Origin: Eledone cirrhosa
Lineage: Eukaryota
Length of the DNA stretch: 64,000 nt
Direction: 5' to 3'
Assembly: GCA_964016885.1 (NCBI GenBank)
Contig: OZ024747.1
Location: 45,818,001 to 45,882,000, forward strand
In this document: piece after piece, positions 26,595 through 40,854 of the stretch
Layout of the letters: each line of letters starts with the position of its first letter
How positions within the stretch are numbered: position 1 is the stretch's first letter
Notes under the pieces: model-generated
Seen by the model: the letters and a program-made list of their open reading frames with translations, nothing else
The model's database searches: none
What the model was told of the DNA's origin: nothing
Translations under genes and position numbers: made by a program

Positions 26595-27749
26595 GAGCAA
26601 TTTTAGAGGCTATATGATGGGCATGTGTGATGTAATCTGATATTAACATGTACATATATGTAGATGGTGTTGTTAGTGATTATGATGTCATGGTGGGAGG
26701 ATAGATTTAAGAGTTGGTTGTGGTGGAGGTGGTGGAAGAGACAGTAAGGAATACAGAATAAGTTACTATTTAGAAAAACAGATGAATAGATGAAAGGTCA
26801 GTATGAGGAGATTTGGTTATAGTAGCAGTGGCTGCATTGATGGAGGACAAAGGCAGAAATAACAATGGTACAAGTGATGAGATAACAATGTACAGAGTGT
26901 ACTGGATTGATTTTATTGTGAGACGAGCTCTAGAGAGATTGATTCAGCCATGACAAGATAGGAGATGCCCTTCTACTCTATGTTGATACTGTATGAATAT
27001 GCTCCATCTTACAAAGTGTACCAAATATCATTTATTGTGGTATGATAAACATATGAATATGTTCATATTTGAATAATGTACACACATAGCATTCCACTAA
27101 CCCATCTTACAACACCCCCACTGAGAACTTCATCCCTATCACCATCATTGCTCCCCTAAGGCACCAGCTTAACCAGCTGTCATAGCACCACCACCACCAG
27201 CAGCAGCAGCTTCTATTTTTTTTACCATTCAATGAAAACCTGGCATGTCTATTGTTATTTCTTATGCTTATGAGAAGTATCAATAGATCAAGATTTAATC
27301 TTAAACAAATAATAATGTCCATTTTATAAATTGCTGTAAAAATCTAAAAAAAAAACAAAACATTTTTCATTTTTCTATAATAAACCTCTCATGTTCAGAA
27401 AAAATGTTAATATTTGTATATTTCTCTTTGAATATCTTTTCCAGATGTTATAATTCTTTCTTGATTTAACTAAAATTGCTTTGAGGATATCTTAAAATAA
27501 CTTACTGATATTTAGTTCTAATTTAGTGGAAATACATTTAATTTAGGAAAGTCTGTGGCTACAATAAAAATAATATAAATTTGATCATGGTAAATTTATC
27601 AACATGTTGAAAAGAATATAATAAATGAGTGTATCTTCAAAAGTAAAAATAGAGGATTGGATAATGCTTTGTATACAATGTGACTGAGTCTGAAAGTTCA
27701 ATCAGATGTTGGAATTTGCCTGCACTATTCCCACGAGAGAGTATTATAT

Positions 27750-27966
27750 GGGACTGGCAGTGTCAATAGAGCATCGGACACATACTTCGCAGCATAGAGT
27801 TATGACCCTTTATGGGCTGAGTTCAAATGCCGCCGAGGTTAGCTTTGCCTTTCATCCGTATGGGGTCGATAAAACAAAGCAGCCATAAGACACTTGGTTT
27901 TATTTAATCGACTCTCCACTCCCCTTCAAAATTTCTGGCCTTGTGTCTAAAGTAGAAACAATTATT
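27750..27966 (+). mobile_element. SINE family A, older subfamily
   Basis: Matches the consensus head, B-box, centre and tail. Confidence 0.75.
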
Positions 27967-29729
27967 AACTATAATACATTGTTCTTTGTATTTTCTCAAT
28001 ACCCCAGAAAATTAAGTTAAACACTGTCTTTATAGATTCTTGTGATTTGAGCAGAGATTGATTTAACTGATGTCAGGCCATTTTAAAGTTTGGTGAGAGA
28101 CTGAAGTGTTGACAACTTATAGCAGACGAATGATGGCTGAATAAAAAAAAAAAGAAATTGAAGAAAATAATATAAACATTTATAAAATACAACAAGTCAA
28201 TAGACACCTTTTTTTAATTTTATTAATTTATGCAGAAGGCACTGAAATTTAATATTAAATGCTCTGGAAAATCAAAATTCTATTAATGGCCTGGAAAATC
28301 ATTAAAACATTAGTCTTCTGTTTACAAAAGCATGCACAAGTTTGGTTTTAAAATATCAAAAAATGCAAATTTTCAGTCTCCCAAATGTAAACTGTCTCTA
28401 CAAATATACAAATAATTGAAGGAATTATAAGTTTGGCATTTGTCCAACTGATTTAAAAAAAAGAAGAAAACATCAGGGTGATGCAAAATGCTAAAAAAAT
28501 ATTACAAGAACTTTTCAAAGTTTGAAGAATTTGATTTATAGATCTTTAAAATTTACTTCTTATATATTAAAATTTGGAATTTAACCAAAAACTTGTATTT
28601 AGGAGGTTGTTAGTATTGAAGTTTTCTTCATTTATATCAGATTAGTAAATTCTTAGATTTAAAAAAATAAAATATTCAAACAGATGAGCTGTGATAGATC
28701 AATTTTTGTTATTGCTGCATTTTGTAAAAATATTTCAGAAACAAACAGGAAAACAATTGTTATTATTTTAAAATTAAATGTCAAAGAAAATATGAAGAAT
28801 GTATGAAAGAGAATACAAGTATCAGTTTCCAACTAGCACTTAATATTTGTATCTATATATAGTTTAGAGGTGATGAATTGGCAGAGTTTTGGACTTTCCT
28901 TCTGGCTATCTGCACACTGAGATCAAATCTTGCCTACACTAGCTTTGACCTTATAGTTTTGCCTAAGTTCTGTTGTTGCACGTCTCTCTCTTGGAATCAG
29001 TTTCAGTGCTGTGCTGTGAGATGGGTCGTGGATGACTATGTACAGTGCTTCTTTCTCTAGGAATGGAGATAAGTTGAGTAAAGGTCTAGAAATCTCTTCT
29101 CATAGAAAACTCACTATACTACTGGAAATGTTGGAGGAGCGACTAACAAGCAGTAATAGCATGGAATGATAAGAAAAAGAAGACATAGTTTAAGTACAAA
29201 GAAATATATCATATGTTTCCTTAATTATTAAATGAATGGTACCAGACTGAATTAAAAATAATACTTACATTAAATTTATTTCAGCAATATTATTACAATA
29301 ATCTATTGGCATACGTAAATTTATTGTTAAGATTTTTTGTTACATCTATTTAGTATTGATATAAATTGGTTGCTTCTGATTGTACTGTCTGAAAGGCTTG
29401 TTTGAAGACTCTGCCCACACAACCCTCTCAAGAATAAATTGGTGAGGTAAAAGAAAAAGTTATGTACTCATAATCTCATTTCAAGAGCCATGTGGTGGGT
29501 TTAAACCACAAGGAGCAATGAGCTTATCACAGATAAAGGCTACATGAATATTTGAACTTAGATCAAAGAATTTGAACGAATTCTGTATGTTCAACATGAT
29601 TACAATTTCATCAGTCCATCACTCTGAACTGATACTTTATTTTGCCAACCTCGAAAAGATGAAATGCAAAGTTGACCTAGTGGGATGTGAACTCATACCA
29701 GGAAGCTTTTCATCTTATGCTCTAACTAC

Positions 29730-30012
29730 TCTGTAGTGGAAACTTCTGGTGTCCTTGGCCCTAGGACTACCTCCCTACTCACCACCATAAGCGCTGAGCT
29801 GGCCAGCTGCAGGTGTGAGCCTCGTGAGATGGAATGGCTCTTCCAGCACATCTCCCTTATCATCCTCTGGGGAAACACCTTCTCCATTCTGTCCACCAGG
29901 GCTTTGAGGAGGCCAGCATGTGGGACCCCATTTGCTCCTAATACAGAGAGATGGGAAGGGCGAGAGAGATGGAGGCGATGACAGTGGCAGTTCGGCTCTT
30001 CCACGTTCGAAC
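29730..30012 (+). mobile_element. CRE-like LINE 3' fragment
   Basis: VETSGVLGPRTTSLLTTISAELASCRCEPREMEWLFQHISLIILWGNTFSIL plus the shared 3' UTR. Confidence 0.8.
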
Positions 30013-31115
30013 TATATCTTTGTGGTTGTGATTATTATCTATAGAAGGAAATAAGACTTTTACTGTTTTCATCTCTCATATGGTCTATATTGCCAGAGCA
30101 ACACTACTCTGTCAATTCGAGATTTGCCATTTAAGGAGTAGGTAGTTTAGTTGATCAAACAATTGAATTGTCTACTCATTAAATTAACATGTATGTGGCT
30201 GACTATTTTACAGATATGTGTAAATTTAACATACTTCTTGGGCAGAAAAAATGTGATATTGTGTGCAAAGGCCATGTCTTTGAATTACAAGCATAATCTA
30301 TCTGTTTCCTTTACCCAATTTCCCATTCATAATTGGGGTTGGGACGACAAGAGGTTATTGTGAAAGACTCTTGCCCAAATTATCTTGAATTAGGATCTAG
30401 CCCGGAGCTTCATGATTGCACAGGGAAGTTAACCACACAGCCACGCTTGTGTCCATGTGTATTAATGAACAATAGTAGCATAATACATGCAACTAGTTTA
30501 ATTAATCATATGAATGCAGCATGACATTTTGATCAAGTATCTTTTACTGTAGTCTCAAGTAGACATAAGTGTTGTGAGTGAAACTGAGTAGAGAAAAACT
30601 GTGTGGAGGCCCTCCAGATTGACTGTACCTGTAAGTCAGCCTTGTCACTCATTGTATCATGCTAAATGTTTATGAAATGTACGTTAAATGCACACGTGTC
30701 TGTGGATTATTCAGCCGCTTACACACTAATTTCACAAGTAAGCTCTTCGATTGATCAAAGAACTGGAACACTCATCGTCAAAACTGACATGGTCCATTCT
30801 GTTAATAATCAGCTTGTCAATACCAAATTTATGAATTTGTGAGCATGGGTTTAATTACGTTGAGTTATTTATTCATCTAAAGACAAAATGGCAGTTAAGA
30901 GATATGTTCCTTAATCCATTTGTAATTTGTATCCTTGGAAATGATATGTAATCGCTTTGTAAAGACATTGACAGATTAGTTGTAAGTTTAGAGAGATGCA
31001 TGCACGTTTCTGAAAGTAGTGTAAATAGTTTTCACACAGCAATTGTTAACCTAATTCTATTTGATGTAAACTCGTGATGTGTTACACAACCCATGAATAA
31101 TAATAATAATAATAA

Positions 31116-31880
31116 TAATTGTTTCTCAAGGCCAGCAATTACCCAGTGCATTACTGGTACTTTATTTTATCGACCCTCGTAAGGATGAAAGGCAAAGTTA
31201 ACCGTGGCGGGATTTGAACTCAGAATGGCAAGGGCCGTAACTCTATACTTCAAAGCATGGCGTCCGACCCTCTACCAATACTGCCAGTCCACAATAATAA
31301 TAATAATAATTGTTTCTACTTTTGGCTCAAGGCCAGCAATTACCCAGTACATTACTGGTACTTTATTTTATCGACCCCGTAAGGATGAAAGGCAAAGTTA
31401 ACCTCGGTGGGATTTGAACTCAGAATGGCAAGGACCGTAACTCTATGCGTCAAAGCATGGCGTCCGACCCTCTACCGATACAACGTCCATTTTCCACACT
31501 AGACACAAAGCCTGCAATTTGTAGGGAGATGTAGTTGATTATATCAACTCCAGTATTTCACTGGTACTATTTTATCCCAGAAGGATGAAAGGAAAAATTT
31601 ATTTTGTCGAGATTGGAACTCAGAACATAAAGAACCAGTACAAATATTGCTACACATTTGTTCGATGTTCTAACGGCTTTATTAATCAACCACCTTTAAT
31701 AATGGTTTCTAATTTAGGCAAAAGGCTAGCAATTTTGGAGGAGGGGGGGGGGGGGGGTCAGTTATATTGACCCCAGTACTTGGTTGGTACTTTATTTTCT
31801 CGATTCAAGAAGAAGAAAAAGGCACAATTGATCTCGGCTGGATATGAAGTCAGAACAGCAAATGTAGTGACGCTTTAACG
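31116..31880 (-). mobile_element. Stack of SINE family A copies (two young at 31116-31292 and 31305-31480, plus older ones)
   Basis: Head-to-tail, same-orientation copies separated by (AAT)n tails. Confidence 0.8.
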
Positions 31881-32138
31881 ATTCAGTACCATTAATAAAA
31901 ATACTGCACCATTTCTGCTTTTGTGTTGCCAAGTAATTATAGAATGTTATAATCTTGATATTTCTTCCCAAGGATTTCATGAATATAAAAATAATTAAAG
32001 AAGTATAAAAGCCTACTTATGATAAAAGGACTCTATCTCCTAATCATGAAAAACTACAAGTAAGAGTTGACATATAATACAGAAAAACAGATCAGAGTAA
32101 TTCATCTTAATTCATCATTTGATGTTGGACGAAATAAG

Positions 32139-32324
32139 TAATTGTTTCTACTTTAGGCACAAGGCCAGCAATTACCCAGTGCATTACTGGTACTTTATTT
32201 TATCGACCCCGTAAGGATGAAAGGCAAAGTCAACCTCGGCGGGATTTGAACTCAGATCGTAAAGGGACGTAACTATGCTGGAAAGCATGGCGTCCGACCC
32301 TCTACCGATACTGCCAATCCACCG
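32139..32324 (-). mobile_element. SINE family A, near full length
   Basis: Near-identical to 6019-6206, with a short TSD AAGTAAT. Confidence 0.9.
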
Positions 32325-33308
32325 AAGTAATGCAGTTGGAATGTAAATGAAATTCAACTTCCAAATCTTACCCAATTTTCTAGTTGATTTATCATTTTCA
32401 ATGAGTGTAGATTTATTTAGGAATTCTATATCTAATCATTCATCTGATCAGTGTCCTTCTCACGTCAGTAAATTACATACTACATATTTATGAAATGGCT
32501 GAGTTAATAACAATATTGTCACCTTGTTAAAAAACTCCACTGGGGTCTAATTCACAAGCATAAGCATATCAGGACGCTAGAGGAATCATCCATATCAATT
32601 ATCTTATCTCTTTTTCATCACCCCTCTCTAGCATGAGAGAATTCCTAAACATACAGCATTTCTCTATTAAAGTTAATAAACTGAAAATGAGCTACAGTTG
32701 TTTCTAGGCTAACAGGGGAATATCTATGTGGTTTTTCAGCCTGGTTGAATTTGCAGGTAAATCTCCCATACATTCTTGAAAAGTAGGAATGGGTGAATAG
32801 ACACTTTGGATAATGTAGTACTTTATATGAAATTATCTGAAAAGACGAGGTGGTCATGGCTAGAATCACTTTGATAATGAGTTTGCTCAGTCTGATCTGA
32901 GGCGATATGACAACTAGCATCATGCTTTGATTACCGAACATCTGTAAGCTTATTTCTTACTGCTCTTATAATATTTGTCAGATAAGGACGGAGGGTAGTA
33001 TGTTTGATGTTTACTAGCACCACTATCCCAAATTGTTGCAATTGATACAGCTGATATCCAGTCCAAATATTAATAAAACCAGGTCTGAAAAAAGTCCTAC
33101 GAAATTTAGAATTTCCCTCAATAAACCAACTGCTACTTGAAATATATATATATATATATTTTCTATTTAATATATTACCAAACACTGTTAATTATATAAT
33201 TTAATTTACATACGTTTCATCCTAAGAGGACTGATATAACCTTTTCACCTACATCTTTCCAGTTTTTATATTTGAAAATGAATTTCTTTATATTATATAT
33301 ATATATAT

Positions 33309-33493
33309 AGGGCGGTGGATTGGCAATATCGGTAGAGGGTCGGACGCTATGCTTTGCAGCATAGTTACGTCCCTTTACGGACTGGATTCAAATCCCGCCG
33401 AGGTTAACTTTGCCTTTCATCCTTACGTGGTCGATAAAATAAAGTACCAGTAATGCACTGGGTAATTGCTGGCCTTGTGTCAAAAGTAGAAAC

Positions 33494-33499
<6 letters not shown>
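33309..33499 (+). mobile_element. SINE family A, full length, inserted in (TA)n
   Basis: Starts GGGCGGTGGATTGGCAATATCGGTAGAG (A-box-like) and ends AGAAACAATTA. Confidence 0.9.
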
Positions 33500-33549
<50 letters not shown>

Positions 33550-36500
33550 AGCAGGGTAGAATCAGCTTAAAACTGGTTAGATCATTACTTAACAGAGTAC
33601 TCGATACTTGAGGTATTAGAGTATGGATATATTCTAAACAACGGGACCCAATGGCTGAGCTCTTACCGTTTCAACATTTAGATGTATATACATATACCAT
33701 GAGAAGTCCACCTCGCCTTTCATTCCTATGAGGGTGATAAAGTACCACTCCAATACAAGGGCCGATTATTCCTTTACATCTCTTTCTCGGTTTGTTTATT
33801 TATTTGTTTCTTTCTTTATTAACATTTTTCATTTATTCTTTACTTTTCTCTCTCTCTCTCTCTCTCTCCGTTCTCTCTGCCCTCCTCCCCCAGACACTCT
33901 GGAAGAAATCAGCTGTGTTCAGAACTGGAAAAGGATGGGTTCCTTCCACTTTAAATGTCCAAGCAGTCTGTATATCTATCTAGCTATGTTTAGGTGTGTG
34001 TGATTATCCGTCGATAATATTATTATTATCAGCAATGTTATAATTTCTACTGGTAGTGTTAATCTTGTAATAGTCTATGTAGATAATATAGCCATAGTGA
34101 TAGCCACACAGACATACACATACACACACACATATATATATATATATAAACTCATACGTCTCTTTCTCTAGCAAGAAATAGGGAGAATAAACAACGTGTA
34201 TTATTTGATGGGAAATTTACCAAATCGTTTAAGAAATTAAATATTTCCAATCTAGACAAACATTGACAACAAATAGAAGAAACAGTTCAAACAGATCATC
34301 TTGAACAAAGGCTCTGTGGTCGATTGTCCAATTAACATTCAATAATTCGTCGCCATCATGGTGTGTTTACAGCGGTTCGTGGTTTAGGGTTGATGAGGAA
34401 GCGTAGGAGAAATATCGGGGGGGGGGGATCAAGACGGGGAAAACAAGAAGTGTGGGATGGTGCTGTAGGAGGGGAATTACATTATCTTGATTTTATTTGA
34501 AGTGTAGCATGGATGAATATAAGGGACAGACAACTGATGGATTGTTGCCAGAACCAGAATTGTGTCGAGAATAAAACTTGGAATGAGGAACGTTTGAACA
34601 ATTCCATATTCGTCTTCAGTTGAATTGAGATTTTAGCCTTTCTCACGTATTCACTATCATATTGATTGTATAATGAAATTTTGTAAATATTTCGTTGAAT
34701 AATTTTCTATTACTATTGGCACGTTTATGTGATGAAAACTGGGCATTTGGATTCATTTCTGCCTCTTTCCATGCAATAACATTTTCCTTTAAAACCTTAT
34801 TGTGTAAAAATGATATTTTTCTGATGAAAGTGATTGCAAGCAAAATGTTACAACTTCAAAGGTCCAGAGAGTGGTCAACTATAAAATAATTAATTCCCCA
34901 AGTCATACATTCAATAGGTCTCCTCTTACGAGGGAGAGATATCTTGTATCGCAGCTCAACATTCCTACAAAAAACAACAAAAATAACAAATAAAAGAAAA
35001 TCTAATACTTTTTGTAAGCTTTACCATATTATCATCATTGTCACCATCGTTGTAGTCATTGTCATCGTCCTGATCATTATCATTGCTGTTGTTGTTATTG
35101 TCATCACCGTTGTTGTTGTCGTCGTCGTCTTCACCCTCATCATCCTTATTTCCATCATTAACATTATCATTGTTATTTCCCTTATCACCACTATCATGTC
35201 TATATGGTTTGGATCTGTCCGTCATGCATCATATTTTCTCTCATGTTCTTTCGTCATTAGACAATTCACGATTCAAAGTTCATCCCTGAAATCCGAGAAG
35301 ATGGTAGTTTTTCAGTTGAAGTTGTTGTCAACAATTGCTCTTAAGTCTCATGTTTCCCTTGTCCTCACATGACTCTATCATGAAATATAACAAAGAAAGT
35401 CAGTGGCCGAAATGAAAACTCGAATCTAGTGTAATTTGAACTTTTAGCCATTCAAATTTATTTAGCTGCTATAAATCAATCTACGCCATCATGCCACATA
35501 CCGTCTGGATGATTTGATGAGATAAATATAATGGTATAACTAACTGTTACTTACATTTCTGTGAGTTTCGGCAATAAATGTACCATTTATTTATGGAATC
35601 ATCACATGGTGAATGAAATTCCTCTTTTTATTCTACTTCAGCCATTCCCATTGAATGTCTCATTAATTTCACATTCTCCTCATTTGTTATCATACATTCA
35701 CTCACTAAAACCTAAACAGGAAATAAATTTAGCAATTGAGCTAAAACATTTTAAACTAGTAGACAGAAACCTAATGGGCTGAATTATATGTCACCCCGCC
35801 GCACTTCCATTCTACTTTCCTCCTATCTCTTGTATTATCTATTCTTGATAATCATTCTCTATACCTCTCCCCCATGTACTTTAAGTAATTTTTTTCCATG
35901 CTCCAATGGGTTAAAGTTGTAAGATTGCAAGCCTCTGTACAAGTCCTCCCTACAGCTTTCTTGATCAACTCATCTATTTGCTAGCTACAATCACATTAAC
36001 TGCCTCATTTCATATAATTCTCAGCTGTCTATGAATTGCATATTTATTCCTACCCGTTTGTTACATGGTACAACTCGTTATACGGAATCTTTTAATTGAT
36101 TAATTGCATATGTCTGGGATATTAGCAAGGTTAGGTTCCTAAACTAGACTAGCCAATACAGAAATCAAGATAGCTAAATTAAGATGATACATATCGAAAT
36201 TAATATTCAACTAATAGCTGATTGTAAATTCAACATAATACCTTCTTATTCAGCCGAAGATTAAGAACGGTAAAAAGCATAATTCAAAACGATTAATTTT
36301 AAAGGTTGGTCGATTCTTTACACTAATTCAAACTTCATATCAATTGCTGGCACTTGGCCAAATTTGAAGAGAGAAAGTATAGAATTAGCTATTTGAATCA
36401 ACTTTAGTATATAGTCGGTACATATTTTAACTCTGAAAGACACAAAACTTACCCCAAACTGGCTGTATTTGAACACAGAATGTAAACGGAGAGAAATCAA

Positions 36501-37280
36501 TGTATTAAGAGATTAAATTCAATGCTATAATGCAATATTCTCTTGTCTCTCGATAAATCATTCTGGATCAAGCTTCTAATTAAAATTCTATATAAAGTTT
36601 AATGTCTGTCTATGCCACCCACTGATTCACCCTCTTCTTGTTTTGTCTGTCTATTCACTACACACTCTTGCACAGAACGGGGACCTCCATATGTTTTGCG
36701 AGACCATGAACCTGCCTTTGGAAACTTCCTCTCCAAGGCGCAAGGTTGTGTAGAAGACTAGCGGTCACCCATGCATGCTGATGTCCCCTCTTCATGTCAT
36801 TGAGGATATCTAAGGGAAAGAGAAGAGCTAACACTGTTTGGAACCAATGGAATCTGTAGTAAATCTAGAAAGCAAAAAACCGAAATAAATACCAAGACGC
36901 CTGACATCCAAAACTTTACCATTTCCACAAATACAGGAACATTTCTATTGACCCCTGAAATTGTTTGCTTAAACTTTTAATCTGTGCTAACAATAATAAA
37001 AATAATAATGATAATGATAATAATAATTATTAATAATATATACATATATATATATATAGGAATATATAGGAATATATAGGAATATATAGGAATAATTTGG
37101 TCGTTCTGACTGCTGCTAGCAATAGCTGTGGCTAGTTTGACCTACCTCCTTTTGCCTCTATCTTTGCTTCGGCCCTTGATAAACCTGTTTCTACATCATC
37201 CACTCTCATCCCAGGAACAGTTTTGATAGCGCTAGTTTGTGATTTAAATTCAGGAATTTTATATTCTTTGAATGAAAAGA

Positions 37281-37364
37281 ACCTTCTGACGAGTATCTTT
37301 CTTTGCAACGAAGGCCGTATGGTCTCCGTTTTATTTTTGGGATTCGAAACCGATCGGTAAAGGT
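37281..37364 (+). ncRNA. Type I hammerhead ribozyme motif with palindromic stem III
   Basis: ACCTT-CTGACGA-GTATCTT...GGGATTC-GAAA-CCGATCGG-TA-AAGGT. Stem I is 5 bp, stem II has one mismatch and G-U pairs, stem III is the palindrome ACCGATCGGT, and the triplet is GUA. The island is flanked by (TA)n. Confidence 0.8.
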
Positions 37365-37705
37365 AACTATAGTAGGTAAAGTCAATTTTTTAAAATTTAT
37401 TTTGAAACTTTTTCATTATTTGCTAAACCTTGTTTATATATATATATATATGTATATTCGGATCTAGCTGTCGAAACGGCCGGAGCTCAGCCATCGGGGT
37501 CCTGAATCTTTTCATATATATATATTAGTAAAAAGGAAAAGAAAATGCTGACAAATTTTTCCCAGTGAAAAATAGTTTAATTAGGAATAAGTATAAATTA
37601 GTAATAAGTATTAGTATTCAGTTTTAGTTTTAAGTTTTTACCGGTTGCGCATTTCTTATGCTTTTCAAAAATAATTTTGAGATTGAGTGCTCGTGATTTT
37701 TGCTA

Positions 37706-38039
37706 TATATATATATACATGAATGGCAATTTCTGTCTGTTTGTGTGTGCGTTTGTTTGTGGATTTGTTTGAGGATTTGTTTGTGAACCTAAAACTCCCA
37801 AACCGATCTTGATGAAAATTGACACGTGTGTGGGGCTCATGTCCATTTGATTTTGTCCGTATATTTCATTTTAATCAAAGGGTTTGCCGGGGGCTCAAAC
37901 CCCGCTGAAAATCTTTTCTCTTCGAATTAGATGAAATTTAAACCATAGGTAAATGACAAGATATGATGCCTATACACAACAGTTTTGAATTGATAAAATG
38001 CACGTTCAGATCTTGAATTGAATTACATCAATGTATTCG

Positions 38040-38040
<1 letters not shown>
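37706..38040 (+). mobile_element. 5' part of a non-autonomous Helitron/DINE-like element
   Basis: AT-rich start, (GTTT/GTCT)n tract, then AAACCGATCTTGATGAAAATTGACAC, a layout like the 5' ends of the 11.6-13.6 kb elements. Confidence 0.45.
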
Positions 38041-38111
<71 letters not shown>

Positions 38112-38480
38112 CCATTAACCTGCAGACCCCTGCAAGTGGATTTTGTCGATTTCGGATTTACAGAAACCTAGCGGAGATATATATTATATGTGATGTATAT
38201 TATATGGTATATATCATGTGTTGTGTATGATGTCGCCGCGACGGTCCATGTTAGTCAAATTTTTATCCTGAGTTCAGTTTTTTTCGTTGCTGTGGTCACT
38301 GCGGCCCGTCTATCGGTCGCTGTCTTCAATTTGCAAAGCTGTCTAAACGTAATGTTATAACTCTAGGGTAATATACCCTATTGAGTGCTTAGCTTCACAC
38401 CGAGATTGCATTCGTTAGCTTGGCTGCAACCAGAGCTTCGATGATGCTGTACTAAATTTTGTATATATATATATATATAT

Positions 38481-38849
38481 ATATACGATATTAAACAAAT
38501 GGAAACTATATTTATAAAACCATATTTATTTCATTATACATATTTCAGGGATACCATATTAAAAATATGGCATGCCTTCTTCAGATAAAATACAATATAT
38601 AAGCAGTTTTATAAATAAATTTGACGTACCATAAAATATTGATCAACTTCCATTTAAAAAGGTTGGTTTGGTATGTTGGTATGTTGATCAATATTTTATG
38701 GTACGTCAAATTTATTTATAAAACTGCTTATATATTGTATTTTATCTGAAGAAGGCATGCCATATTTTTAATATGGTATCCCTGAAATATGTATAATGAA
38801 ATAAATATGGTTTTATAAATATAGTTTCCATTTGTTTAATATCGTATAT
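38481..38849. repeat. Perfect 167-bp inverted repeat (35-nt spacer) carrying a hammerhead-like core on each arm
   Basis: 38481-38647 is the reverse complement of 38683-38849. The right arm reads CTGAAGA-AGGCATGCCATATT-TTT-AATATGGTATCCCT-GAAA-TATG-TA (38746-38793). Confidence 0.9.
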
Positions 38850-38915
38850 CTACTCCAAAACTTGTTGAGTGCTTTATATCAGTTATAAAATATTTACAAT
38901 TTTAAATAAAACTTT

Positions 38916-38962
<47 letters not shown>

Positions 38963-39095
38963 TAAGTTTGTTTTGAAACAGCGAGCGACTTTGAAAATAA
39001 AAATAGAGGCTTTTACCGTATTTTTGACTAAAGAAATTTTAGCCTGATAGGGCTATAAAATCACCATATATATATATATATAAATACACACACTA

Positions 39096-39137
<42 letters not shown>

Positions 39138-40647
39138 ATATATATACATATATATATATATATAGTAATAATAATAAATTTGAAGACTAAAATCCAAAGA
39201 GGGCTCGATAAGGATAAATATATATCAAATACATAAGAACCGTAGAGCAAATATTTATTAAAATAACAGATTAAAGTTTAAGCAAAGAATCGCTGCTTTC
39301 ACCCTTAACGGGATCTTCTGTTATATATATATAATTCAGTATGTTTTTCCTAATGGTAATGAAATGGAACTACAAATAAATGAGATACTCAATACATTAA
39401 TAAAAAAGTTTCATATTTATTTCATATCGTACTGTTTTCTTTTTTTGAAATGATCTGGTCATTCTTGTCTTGATTTCGAAACGTTTTAATTCTGTAGGAG
39501 TCACCTTTCTCTCTCTCTATCTATCTATCTCTCCCCCCTCTCTCTCTATCTATCTATCCCCCCCCCTCTCTCTCTCTTTTAGTTTATTTCAGGTAAGCCT
39601 TCTGCAAACTAAATAGACAAACATGCATGTTCGTTCTCTAGCCACACGGCCACCAATGCTCCAATGGTGACAAATTTGATAAATATATATATTTTTTTAA
39701 ATAAAACCAGAACGCATATATGCACTGAAAATTTCGCAAATAAATAATATTGAATTTTGTTTATCTTTAAAAATCTAGCTTACGTGCTGTCTTGAAAGCT
39801 GTCTTGGAAGCTGTCACGTCAGTCACAATTTTTGGTGATGCCAAATTTATGGACAACGGTTAAGATATCAGCGTCATTGGCGCAAATATAAGCTCACAGA
39901 CTGTTTTGACTTGTTCAGATCAGTTAGCAATGTGTTTTGCCTCAGGCTTGATGGATACCGACTTCGATGGAAGGCAGTCAGCTTGTATCATTAATTCTAT
40001 CATGTCTCATACAAATAGCTTCTTGAAATGTGTGTGGGAAGGAAAACACTTTTATTGTAATTTCTGGATATATTTTTGATAGAAAGTTTATTTAAAGAAA
40101 GATAAAATATGTCTAACTTTTCTTACATTTTGTCTTATTTTATTTTTATTTTAAGAGGGTGTTAAAGCATTGTGTCGAAAATATTTTCCAGAGGTCTACG
40201 TAATGCAAATAAAACTTTAAATGTGTAAAATACCAGCATAAGAACAATGCAAAATATTTTGATCCGACATAGTTTTCGTTTGACGGTGGGATTTTATCCC
40301 GAAATATTCACGCCTAATCTCCAAGTAACATTCCAACAATTTTATTATCGTTATTTTAAATATTTAATGTCCAATTTGTATTGCTTTAATCCTTTTAAAA
40401 AACCCAATATTTTCTGTATTTTATTTCATTTCATTTTGTTGTTATTAAACACATTTCGCTGGAAGTATCCTCACTCTCAGTGAATTACAGTTAATAAGGT
40501 AACTTTGATACAACACTGTTTGTGTGTGTGGGGGGGGGGGGGACCTCTCTCACTTATTCAGCTGGTAGTAAATTATATTTACTACAAGTTGAAAAATGGT
40601 TTCTAACTGAAATAGAAATAGAAGATTCGCCATAATATTTTGACTAA

Positions 40648-40831
40648 ATAATTGTTTCTATAATAGCCACAAGGCCAGCAATTATCCCAGTGTATTACTG
40701 GTACTTTATTTTATCGACCCCCGTTAGGATGAAAGGCAAAGTTAACCTCGACGAGATTTGAACTCAGAATGGCAAGGGCCGTAACTCTATGCGTCAAAGC
40801 ATAGCGTCCGACCCTCTACCGATACTGCCAA
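40648..40831 (-). mobile_element. SINE family A
   Basis: Consensus match (AGAATGGCAAGGGCCGTAAC subfamily). Confidence 0.85.
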
Positions 40832-40854
40832 TTCAACAGTAAGAATGCACATCG

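Noticed and set aside
32645-33185. Two consecutive minus-strand ORFs in unique-looking sequence (possible exons)
   Set aside because: No recognisable domain and no consistent splice or frame support by eye.
33309-33400. tRNA-like A/B boxes
   Set aside because: These are SINE heads, not cloverleaf tRNA genes.
34944-35372. 142-aa hydrophobic ORF resembling a membrane protein
   Set aside because: It is the translation of degenerate (ATC/GTT/GTC)n trinucleotide repeats, with no family motif.
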